Notes under the pieces: model-generated
What the model was told of the DNA's origin: nothing
Seen by the model: only the letters and a program-made list of their open reading frames with translations
Databases searched by the model: none
Translations under genes and position numbers: made by a program
Source of the DNA: an uncultured Clostridia bacterium
GTDB taxonomy: Bacteria > Bacillota > Clostridia > TANB77 > CAG-465
Assembly (NCBI GenBank): GCA_947632225.1
Contig: CANROM010000003.1
Coordinates: 1-33,883 of the forward strand
DNA: 33,883 bases
Direction: 5' to 3'
Shown: positions 17,909-25,576 of the stretch, in pieces
Numbering within the stretch: the stretch's first letter is position 1
Layout of the letters: every line of letters starts with the position of its first letter

Positions 17909-17958
17909 TGGTGCACCAGAAGGGATTCGAACCCCCAACCGTTCGGTTCGTAGCCGAA
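17909..17958 (-). pseudogene. 3' half of tRNA-Arg(ACG), attachment site of the ICE
   Basis: Reverse complement TTCGG-CTACGAA-CCGAA CGGTT GGGGG-TTCGAAT-CCCTT CTGGTGC A CCA; D arm and 5' acceptor strand absent. Confidence 0.9.
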
Positions 17959-18101
17959 GGTTTTATGAAAAAAGGCACTTTATAGAATAATTTAAAAATC
18001 AGTAAAAAACGATACAAGCATTGAAATAACTTAATTTGAGCAAAGTATTAAAAATTTAAAATAGTTTAAAAAGGATTAAAAAAATCCTAAAAAGTTTAAA
18101 A

Positions 18102-18223
18102 TTCTATGGGAATTTCTTGGGAAAGATTTTGGAAAAAATCGAAATTCCCAAAAAAACGACTTTTTGAGGTTGAATAAATGTTGAAATATCAATAAAAAAT
18201 GAACTTTTAACTTTCCCATAGAA
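18102..18223. repeat. TGGGAA-core repeats, probable integrase arm-type sites
   Basis: TTCTATGGGAA (18102) with perfect inverse TTCCCATAGAA (18213); TTCTTGGGAA 18114, TTTTGGAA 18127, TTCCCAA 18145. Confidence 0.55.
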
Positions 18224-18309
18224 AAGCAAAATACAAAAGAATTTTCTAAGCAATAGTAATTATACTATTGTCTTTTTTATGCCTATTTTCTGAAGGGAGA
18301 AAGGTTGAT

Positions 18310-18726
18310 ATGAACAAAGAAAAAATAAACAAAATACTATTTTATCTATATAACTATAATAATATAGATAATTTAATTGAAAAAAGAAAAACAGATATTA
18401 TAGAAAAAACAAATATATCTTCTATTGCTTGGAGAAAATCAAAACAAGGCAATGGAAATACATTAGAGGATCAAGTAATAAAAATTATAGAAGATCCAGT
18501 TATATTAGAATATAAACGATGGCAAGTATTCATTAAAGGAATGCTTGTTTTTTTATGTAAAAATAAACCCTTATTTTATAAATATGTAGAATCGAAATTT
18601 ATTTTAAAATTAGAAAATGATGAAATTATAGAACTTCTAAAAATCGATTTTAAGCAACTAAAAATTTTAAAAGTAAAATTACTAGACCTAATATATAAAA
18701 ATGCGAAAATAAGAAATTTAATTTGA
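18310..18726 (+). CDS. ArpU/RinA-like phage-type transcriptional regulator
   Basis: LYNYNNID...NTLEDQVIKI...KRWQ and C-terminal HTH-like segment. Confidence 0.55.
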   Translation: MNKEKINKILFYLYNYNNIDNLIEKRKTDIIEKTNISSIAWRKSKQGNGNTLEDQVIKIIEDPVILEYKRWQVFIKGMLVFLCKNKPLFYKYVESKFILKLENDEIIELLKIDFKQLKILKVKLLDLIYKNAKIRNLI

Positions 18727-18744
18727 AATTGGAGGTGTTAAATT

Positions 18745-18861
18745 ATGTTTTGGTTTGGACTATGTATAGGATTATTTATAGGAGCTAACCTAAGTTTAGT
18801 ATTATATGCTTGTATTATAGCAGGAAAGGAAAGCGATAAACGAAATGGATACAGAGAATGA
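18745..18861 (+). CDS. Small membrane peptide (DUF3789-like, 38 aa)
   Basis: Hand translation MFWFGLCIGLFIGANLSLVLYACIIAGKESDKRNGYRE; GGAGGTG RBS. Confidence 0.7.
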   Translation: MFWFGLCIGLFIGANLSLVLYACIIAGKESDKRNGYRE

Positions 18862-19606
18862 AGTAAATAGAATTGGCTATTTTGCTGTTATTCCTGCAAC
18901 TGTTTTATTTAATAACAGCTTAAAACCGAATGAAAAATTACTTTATGCTCTTATTACAGCTCTTTCTAATAAAGAAGGTTACTGTTATGCAAGTAATAAG
19001 TATTTAGGAGAAAAATTAGGAGTTGATCCTAAGACAATTACAAGTTGGTTAGCTGATTTAAGAAAGTACAATTATATAATGGTAGATCTTATTAGAAATG
19101 AGAATAAAGAAATTATACAAAGGAAAATTTATCCTCACGATGTACCCTACCCATTAAATAATGTGTACCCCCCTCCACAAAAAAATGGAGAGCCTACCCA
19201 TCAAAAAACGGAAGATAATATAATAAATAATATAAATATAAATACACACACAGTTACAAAAGAAAAATTTTTAGAAAATGTCTATTTATATGATTTTGAA
19301 TACACAGAGTTAGTTAATACTTATGGAGAAAAGAAAGCTAACAAGTGTATTGAAGAATTATCTTTATATAAAGAATCAAAAGGAATTGAATACAAAAGCG
19401 ATTTTGCTACTATAAAAAGATGGGTTGTTGCTAGAGTGGAAGAACTTGAACAAAGACAAGAAAAGCAAAATAGCAAAAATAAAACTAAGAAAAATAATTT
19501 TAGTAATTATGAACAAAGAGAATATCCAGAGGAATTTTGGAATAGTTTATATGAAAATCCACCTATTATTTCTTCAGAAGAAGATGAGATGGATCTTGAT
19601 ATGTAA
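18845..19606 (+). CDS. Phage-type replication initiator (HTH_36 N-terminal domain)
   Basis: YFAVIPA...EKLLY...EGYCYASNKYL, internal iteron-like linker, C-terminal NFSNYEQREY. Confidence 0.75.
   Translation: MDTENEVNRIGYFAVIPATVLFNNSLKPNEKLLYALITALSNKEGYCYASNKYLGEKLGVDPKTITSWLADLRKYNYIMVDLIRNENKEIIQRKIYPHDVPYPLNNVYPPPQKNGEPTHQKTEDNIINNININTHTVTKEKFLENVYLYDFEYTELVNTYGEKKANKCIEELSLYKESKGIEYKSDFATIKRWVVARVEELEQRQEKQNSKNKTKKNNFSNYEQREYPEEFWNSLYENPPIISSEEDEMDLDM
19141..19213. repeat. Iteron-like imperfect repeats (putative origin)
   Basis: Three units of about 23 bp: CCTACCCATTAAATAATG / CCCTCCACAAAAAAATGG / CCTACCCATCAAAAAACGG. Confidence 0.55.
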
Positions 19607-19633
19607 CACAACTAATAAGGTTGTGATTTTTTT
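19607..19633 (+). terminator. Terminator-like hairpin
   Basis: CACAAC-N7-GTTGTG-A-T7. Confidence 0.5.
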
Positions 19634-19652
19634 ATTTTAGGAGGAAATTTAG

Positions 19653-19910
19653 ATGAAAGTTAATAAATATAGTTTTAATGAAAATGTTTTTGGAGAACAA
19701 ATTGAATATATACTTATAGAAGATGAAAAAGAGAAAATTGTTATAGTTGAATATTATAATAAAATTCATATCATAAAAATTGAAAATGAAAAACAATTAC
19801 TAGAACGACTAATTGAATGTAAAATTTTAAATGATTATTTACAGGAAATTATACAAGAGCAAGATGAAGAAATTACAGAGTATGAAAATAATTCAGATAT
19901 GGAGGAATAA
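19653..19910 (+). CDS. Acidic hypothetical protein
   Basis: 85 aa ORF, AGGAGG RBS. Confidence 0.75.
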   Translation: MKVNKYSFNENVFGEQIEYILIEDEKEKIVIVEYYNKIHIIKIENEKQLLERLIECKILNDYLQEIIQEQDEEITEYENNSDMEE

Positions 19911-19915
19911 TCAAT

Positions 19916-20344
19916 ATGAGATTAAATAAAGTAAAAAAGGTTGTACGAAAAAAGCTCTGCGAATATCCTCTATTCTATAAAGACATAGAGGAATTAGAAA
20001 GCAAAAAATCTTTATCTGTAAATAAAGATGAAAATTCGTTTATAAGAAGTAAAAATAAAGTTAATAGAACAGTTGAAACAGAGGCTATTAGAAGTATTGA
20101 AATTGATAATAAAATTGCTGAAATTAAAGAATGGCAAAATATAATTGAAACAGTTTTTGAAGAATTTAAAGAGGATCATATAAAATCTAATGTTGTTGAA
20201 TATAAATTTATAGGCAATTTATCAGAAGATTCTATATGCGACCGATTATGTATTTCTAAAGGTTGTATTAGAAATTATATATTTGAATTCACATACGAAA
20301 TTGGAATATTAGCAATTCTAAAAGGTTTAATTACTTTTAAATAA
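19916..20344 (+). CDS. ArpU/RinA-like transcriptional regulator (second copy)
   Basis: LCEYP...RTVETEAIR...KEWQNIIE, C-terminal ICDRLCISKG HTH. Confidence 0.6.
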   Translation: MRLNKVKKVVRKKLCEYPLFYKDIEELESKKSLSVNKDENSFIRSKNKVNRTVETEAIRSIEIDNKIAEIKEWQNIIETVFEEFKEDHIKSNVVEYKFIGNLSEDSICDRLCISKGCIRNYIFEFTYEIGILAILKGLITFK

Positions 20345-20407
20345 TTATATAAAAAATATTATATAAAAAATGGTACACACAAAATGTAGTACAAAGAAAT
20401 TTTTGTA

Positions 20408-20495
20408 TTGAAACTAGATTTTTTAGTGCTATAATGTATATAATGAAACAAATGTAGGAGATGCAGAGAGTAAAAGCTCTTTGCACCTCTTTTTT
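20408..20495 (+). promoter_or_regulatory. SigmaA promoter followed by strong terminator (short RNA or attenuator)
   Basis: TTGAAA-N16-TATAAT with TG; hairpin GGAGATGCAGAGAGT-aaaa-GCTCTTTGCACCTC-T6. Confidence 0.5.
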
Positions 20496-20560
20496 GTTTC
20501 TAGGTTTGGTATAAACCCTTGGTGTATTGTAAAATTGATTATAGAATGGAGGTAATTAAA

Positions 20561-20836
20561 ATGATTTTTGGAAAGTATGGAGAAATGATATTAACAAATA
20601 TGGAAAATAATTATCCATATAGAAAAAAAGAATTAGAACTCACAGGCGAACTTGAAGTCAAAATATTTGAGCGAGAAAAGTATATTTTAGAGTTAAAGGA
20701 ACAAGTTGAAAAACAAATTAAAGAAAAATATAAAGCTCCTGATACACACGAAATATCTATACTTGCTAAATATCAACAAATGATAGATGGTTTAGTTGAT
20801 GAAGCTCTAATGAAAGATATTTTACAGAAAATATAA
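20561..20836 (+). CDS. TnpV-like protein
   Basis: GKYGEM...MENNYP...LELTGEL motif pattern. Confidence 0.7.
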   Translation: MIFGKYGEMILTNMENNYPYRKKELELTGELEVKIFEREKYILELKEQVEKQIKEKYKAPDTHEISILAKYQQMIDGLVDEALMKDILQKI

Positions 20837-20841
20837 AAATT

Positions 20842-20866
20842 GAGTTAGATTACTAGCTCTTTTTTT
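20842..20866 (+). terminator. Terminator-like hairpin
   Basis: GAGTTAG-atta-CTAGCTC-T7. Confidence 0.55.
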
Positions 20867-20884
20867 ATGGAAAGGAGCTTTTAT

Positions 20885-21883
20885 ATGCTTAATGTTTGGA
20901 TAGGAAATTTAGGCAAATACAATGAAGGAGAACTTGTTGGCGAATGGTTAGAACTTCCTGTTTCAAAGAAAGAGTTAGATACATTTTTAAGAGAAAAAGT
21001 TGGACTCCAGTTGACACAAAAAGAAGTTGATGAGGCACTTGCTAAAGATGGTGTATGCTATGAAGAATATATGATCAATGATTATGAAACAGATCTACCT
21101 ATTAAGGTTAGTGAATATAGTAATCTTAATATGCTCAATTTATTAGCAATGGCATCAGAAAAGGTTGACAATATGGAGGCTATTGAGGCTTATATTGATG
21201 CTCAAAATACAGATGATATTGAAGAAATAATAAATATTATGCTACAAGAAAATGATATACCTTTCTACTCTTATGATGAAGATTCCGAATTTCTTTCAAA
21301 TGAAGAAAAATACGGAATGACTAAGGCTAACCTTAATGGAGTGCAACAAGTGTTAGACGAACATAATATAACAGATTATTTTGACTATGAAAAATACGGT
21401 AATGATTTTGATGTTACTTTATATGATAGTGGTTATATTGATACTACTGCTATGAGTGAAGTCGATTTACATCGCTATTCTTTAGAAGAAATTAAAGATG
21501 AGTTAGATTATAACAATGAAGAAATTGAAGATAAAAAATTAAAAATCGTATATAAAGAAGTTGGAAAAGATCCTGTTGTAATGGAAATTGATAATACCTT
21601 AGAGGCTAAACAAAAATTAGTTGATGGACTAATAGAAGTTGTACCTTACAAAGAAAATCTACTCCTTATATGCAATGAAGAAGGTAAAATTACAAATTTA
21701 AAACCTAATATTCAATTTGATTATGATTACATTGCAGGGAACTGTTTTATAGTAGGAGATGACTTTGAAAATGCAGGTTTTAAGTCTATTGAAGAAAATC
21801 AAATAGAAGATATAAAAAAAGACTTAGAAAATCGAACAATTATCTTAGAAGAAATTGAGGAAACTGATGATATGGAATTTTAA
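20885..21883 (+). CDS. ardA: ArdA antirestriction protein fused to a DUF3846 domain
   Basis: NLGKYNEGELVGEWLELP, YEEYMINDYE, YFDYEKYG; C-terminal NTLEAKQKLVDGLIE...CNEEGK. Confidence 0.88.
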   Translation: MLNVWIGNLGKYNEGELVGEWLELPVSKKELDTFLREKVGLQLTQKEVDEALAKDGVCYEEYMINDYETDLPIKVSEYSNLNMLNLLAMASEKVDNMEAIEAYIDAQNTDDIEEIINIMLQENDIPFYSYDEDSEFLSNEEKYGMTKANLNGVQQVLDEHNITDYFDYEKYGNDFDVTLYDSGYIDTTAMSEVDLHRYSLEEIKDELDYNNEEIEDKKLKIVYKEVGKDPVVMEIDNTLEAKQKLVDGLIEVVPYKENLLLICNEEGKITNLKPNIQFDYDYIAGNCFIVGDDFENAGFKSIEENQIEDIKKDLENRTIILEEIEETDDMEF

Positions 21884-21956
21884 AAAAATTTTTCTAAAAG
21901 GGTTTTGGATTCGATTTTATTTAATTATATAATGCTTTACGAGGAGGTAAAATATT

Positions 21957-22250
21957 ATGCCAAAAGAAAAACTTTTAGAATCAATTTATTGGGATAGAGA
22001 ACAAGGAGAACTCTCAAAGAGAAGTGAATACGAAAAAGAAGTTATCTATGAAATAAAAAGAGATGGCAACGAGGAAAAACTTCGAGAACTTATTGAAAAA
22101 ATCTATAACAAAAAATTGAGTAAAAAAATTGACAAATACTTAGACTTAACTTTAGAAGATATGTTAAAAAAGCAATCTGCAACATTAGATAAATACTATA
22201 AGCAAGGTTTTAAAGATGGAATATGTTTGTTAATTGAATGTATTAGTTAA
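21957..22250 (+). CDS. Hypothetical protein
   Basis: 97 aa, AGGAGG RBS, upstream TTGGAT-N17-TATAAT, C-terminal YYKQGFKDG. Confidence 0.75.
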   Translation: MPKEKLLESIYWDREQGELSKRSEYEKEVIYEIKRDGNEEKLRELIEKIYNKKLSKKIDKYLDLTLEDMLKKQSATLDKYYKQGFKDGICLLIECIS

Positions 22251-22278
22251 GGGTTAGTTTTATACTAACTCTTTTTTT
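22251..22278 (+). terminator. Terminator-like hairpin
   Basis: GGGTTAGT-tttat-ACTAACTC-T7. Confidence 0.55.
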
Positions 22279-22289
22279 GGAGGCTTAAA

Positions 22290-22709
22290 TTGAAAAATAT
22301 ACGATTATTTATAAAAGATAAAAACTTAAATATGCTAAAAGCATTTTCAGATGAAAGCTATTTATATAATTATATTGTAAATAACTATTCAGAACTTCCT
22401 GAAGAAAATATATTTAGAAATCCTACCATTATAAAAAAGATAAATGAAATGATTTATATTTCTAAAGATAATATTTCAAGCGATGATGAAATTGTATGGA
22501 ACGAAACAAGCAAAGATTTAAAATCAAAAAATGTTTCTTTTTATGCAGTAGTTTTAGATCCTATAAATGGATCCTTTAATATATATAATAACTTAAAATC
22601 CTCTATTCCCTATTTACAAATAAGTTCAAATACAGACATATTTGATGCTGTAAATAAGATTGAACAATTTAATAAAGAGCTTGAATATGAGGAAGAAATG
22701 GAGATATAG
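22290..22709 (+). CDS. Hypothetical protein
   Basis: 139 aa, TTG start with GGAGG RBS. Confidence 0.75.
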   Translation: MKNIRLFIKDKNLNMLKAFSDESYLYNYIVNNYSELPEENIFRNPTIIKKINEMIYISKDNISSDDEIVWNETSKDLKSKNVSFYAVVLDPINGSFNIYNNLKSSIPYLQISSNTDIFDAVNKIEQFNKELEYEEEMEI

Positions 22710-22710
22710 A

Positions 22711-22992
22711 ATGAAGAACTTAAAATTACAATGGATTGATAAGATTCCTCCTCCTGAAGAAAGAAATCCTGAACTATTTTATTATGATATAAGAAATTCT
22801 GAAATAGATAATGGCTATACTGTTGAACGAGGTGTACTTGCAAACAATATAGGCTCTTTAGTTACAAATAAAGATATTTTAGGAGATAAAAAATTTATAA
22901 CAGATGAAGAATTAAATAGCTTACATTATGAGGAAGTTCAAGACTTATATGTAAAACAAAATTCTATTGAATCTGATATAGAACTTGAATAG
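22711..22992 (+). CDS. LPD28-like (large polyvalent protein-associated domain) protein
   Basis: LFYYDIRNSE...TVERGVLANNIGSLVT pattern. Confidence 0.6.
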   Translation: MKNLKLQWIDKIPPPEERNPELFYYDIRNSEIDNGYTVERGVLANNIGSLVTNKDILGDKKFITDEELNSLHYEEVQDLYVKQNSIESDIELE

Positions 22993-23003
22993 GAGGAAGT
23001 ATT

Positions 23004-23906
23004 TTGAGTATAGAAGATGCAAGAAAAAAGTTTGTGGTTGATAAAACACCTGAAACAATAGAAAAATCAGAAACAAAAAAAGTTGAAAACACTAATAATA
23101 TTATAAATATTGAATTAAGTAAATTGGTTGCTTTTAGAAAAAGGCAACCTTTTTCTATGTATGATGAAATAAAAAAACAAGAAGTTTTACAGAGTATAAA
23201 AGAAAATGGAGTTTTAGTACCTATTATTATTAGAAAAATTGCTAATGATAAATACGAAATTATATCAGGACATAATCGAGTAGAATGCTCAAAAGAATTG
23301 CAATTATCCACTATTCCTGCTCAAATTGTGGAATGTGATGATGATAAAGCTAGTTTGATTATGTTAGATACTAACCTTTGTAATAGAGATAAAATACCTC
23401 CTGTTGAAAAAGGTTATGCTTACAAAATGAAAATGGAAATATTAAAAAACAACCCTAATATAAGTAATATCAATGAGTTTAACGAAAATTCCCCTGAGGG
23501 TAATTCTGAAAGTAAAACACAGATTTATAGATATATAAGACTTACAGAACTTATAAAAGCACTACAAGAAAAAACAAATAATGAAATTATATCTATAAAA
23601 GCAGGAGTTGAATTATCTTATTTATCACAGGAAGAACAGGAAATTATAAATCAAGTAATAGATGATGAACAAATAAAACTCTCACTTGTTCAAGCACAAA
23701 AAATTAGATTAAAGAAAAATAAAATTACTTATGAATCAGTTTTAAATCTACTTAAAAACAAAAAAGAAAAGTCAGAAAAATTTACAGGTAAATTAAATAA
23801 ACAGGTTTTTAAAGAATATAAAGACAAGTTTAATTCTGATAAAGAATTCAGTATTTTAATTAAGAAATTATTAGATGATTATTTTAAGAGCGATAGCGAT
23901 ACATAG
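23004..23906 (+). CDS. ParB/Spo0J-family protein
   Basis: SIKENGVLVPIIIR, YEIISGHNR, DTNLCNR, TQIYRYIRLTEL. Confidence 0.88.
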   Translation: MSIEDARKKFVVDKTPETIEKSETKKVENTNNIINIELSKLVAFRKRQPFSMYDEIKKQEVLQSIKENGVLVPIIIRKIANDKYEIISGHNRVECSKELQLSTIPAQIVECDDDKASLIMLDTNLCNRDKIPPVEKGYAYKMKMEILKNNPNISNINEFNENSPEGNSESKTQIYRYIRLTELIKALQEKTNNEIISIKAGVELSYLSQEEQEIINQVIDDEQIKLSLVQAQKIRLKKNKITYESVLNLLKNKKEKSEKFTGKLNKQVFKEYKDKFNSDKEFSILIKKLLDDYFKSDSDT

Positions 23907-23975
23907 CAAGATTCCCCTTTGTCAGTACAAAGGGAGCAAAAAGTACCTTTTTTTGATCAAGTGGTTGCACCACAT
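23904..23975 (-). other. Putative oriT
   Basis: Upstream of mobC; minus strand AATCTTG|CT resembles MOBP nic sites; inverted repeats CCCTTTGT-cagt-ACAAAGGG and GTGGT-tgc-ACCAC. Confidence 0.55.
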
Positions 23976-24005
23976 AAGTTTTATTAGCACAAGGAAGGAG
24001 AAATA

Positions 24006-24314
24006 TTGAGAAAGACAGACAGAATAGAAATTAGAGTAACTCCTGAAGAAAAAATGAATATAACTTTAAAAAGCAAACAAGCTAATCAAAGTATTTCTGA
24101 ATTCTTAATAAACAGTTCTACTGGAAAAAATATTGTAGTAATAAATGAACTGCCTGAGATGGTAACTGAGCTTAGAAGAATCGGAAATAATATAAATCAA
24201 TTAACAAGACTTGCTAATAGCAGAGTTATTACTTGTGTTGATTTAGAAGGTACAAAAAAGGAGTTACAAAAATTATGGCAATCATTAAATTTATTAACAA
24301 TAAAGTCAGTTTAA
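24006..24314 (+). CDS. mobC: MobC relaxosome accessory protein (RHH)
   Basis: IEIRVTPEEK, ELRRIGNNINQL signature. Confidence 0.9.
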   Translation: MRKTDRIEIRVTPEEKMNITLKSKQANQSISEFLINSSTGKNIVVINELPEMVTELRRIGNNINQLTRLANSRVITCVDLEGTKKELQKLWQSLNLLTIKSV

Positions 24315-25213
24315 AAAAGACTTTAGATTATATATGCAAAGAAGAAAAAACAGATAAAAAGCTGATTACAGGTAAAGATTGCATACCTGAAAATGCTTAC
24401 GAAGAAATGATGACAGTTAAGAATATGTATAATAAGCTAATTGGTAGAGAAAAAATACATTTTGTTCAATCCTTCTCTCCTACTGATAAATTAACTTATG
24501 AACAAGCACACGAGATAGGAATTAGAATGGCTGAATATTTTAAAGGTTTTCAAGTAATAGTTGCTACACATATTGATAGAGAACATATACATAATCATAT
24601 TGTTTTAAATACTGTAAATTTTGAAACAGGTTTAAAGTTTCATCAAAGTAAACTTGACTTACAAAAAATTAAAGACTTGTCAAATAAAATATGCAAGGAA
24701 TATGGACTTACTGTAACAGAACAAAAATCAAAAGTTTCAGATATTAAAATAAATGAATATCAAGCAAAATTAAAAGGTATTAGTTGGAAACAACTATTAA
24801 CAAATGATATTGATTCTGTTATGGAAAAATCAAACAACAAATATGAATTTTTTAAAGGTATGAATAAGCTAGGCTATAAAGTAAATTGGAGTAAAGAAAA
24901 ATTAAGTATTATATACACTACTCCTACTGGTTATAAATGTAGTGATAAAAAACTCCATAAAGAAAAATACTTACGAGAAAATATGGAGCAATATTTTAAA
25001 GAAAAATCAAGAAAGAACATTAAAGGTATTAAGAATGAAAAAATTACTTATAAAAGTATTCATTCTAACCTTGCAGACATTATTGAACAAATAAGCAAAA
25101 ATAAACAATTAGATAATACAACCTCTTTAACTGGATTAAATGAAAGTGCTAAAAAACAATTTGCTATTGAGATGCATTATAGCACAGAAGAATTAGAAGA
25201 TATGGAACTTTAG
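24275..25213 (+). CDS. MOBP-family relaxase
   Basis: LDYI, HFVQSFSP, ATHIDREHIHNHIVLN (HUH). Confidence 0.92.
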   Translation: MAIIKFINNKVSLKKTLDYICKEEKTDKKLITGKDCIPENAYEEMMTVKNMYNKLIGREKIHFVQSFSPTDKLTYEQAHEIGIRMAEYFKGFQVIVATHIDREHIHNHIVLNTVNFETGLKFHQSKLDLQKIKDLSNKICKEYGLTVTEQKSKVSDIKINEYQAKLKGISWKQLLTNDIDSVMEKSNNKYEFFKGMNKLGYKVNWSKEKLSIIYTTPTGYKCSDKKLHKEKYLRENMEQYFKEKSRKNIKGIKNEKITYKSIHSNLADIIEQISKNKQLDNTTSLTGLNESAKKQFAIEMHYSTEELEDMEL

Positions 25214-25216
25214 GAG

Positions 25217-25576
25217 GTGGTAATTATTGATAAACAGAATATGTTAGTTCTCATAGTTGAAAATAATAAAGATCCTGAGTTAAAAAGAATTCCAAATAGA
25301 CTTAATACATTAAGAAGAATTGTAGGAAATGAACATATAGAAGTAATTAAATATAAAGATGTCCTTATAGTATATGATGAGGAGGCATTTAAAAAGTTAC
25401 TTCCTATAAATAGAATCATTGATGGATTAAATATAAGAGGAAATTTTGTAATAACAGGAAACGATACAAAAAATCAAGATTTTAAAGATTTAACTGAAGA
25501 ACAAATAAAAGCATATACTGTTGAATTTGAATTAGAAAATAACTTAGAACAAGGAGATGAGCTAGAAAATGAATAA
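25217..25576 (+). CDS. DUF3846 family protein (start uncertain)
   Basis: NRLNTLRRIVG..IE, YDEE, PINR, IRGNFVITG; resembles the ArdA C-terminal domain. Confidence 0.7.
   Translation: MVIIDKQNMLVLIVENNKDPELKRIPNRLNTLRRIVGNEHIEVIKYKDVLIVYDEEAFKKLLPINRIIDGLNIRGNFVITGNDTKNQDFKDLTEEQIKAYTVEFELENNLEQGDELENE

Noticed and set aside
17909-17990. Intact tRNA-Arg gene
   Set aside because: No D arm or 5' acceptor strand; treated as an att fragment
18310-20344. Prophage
   Set aside because: No terminase, capsid, tail or lysis genes; contiguous with conjugation genes
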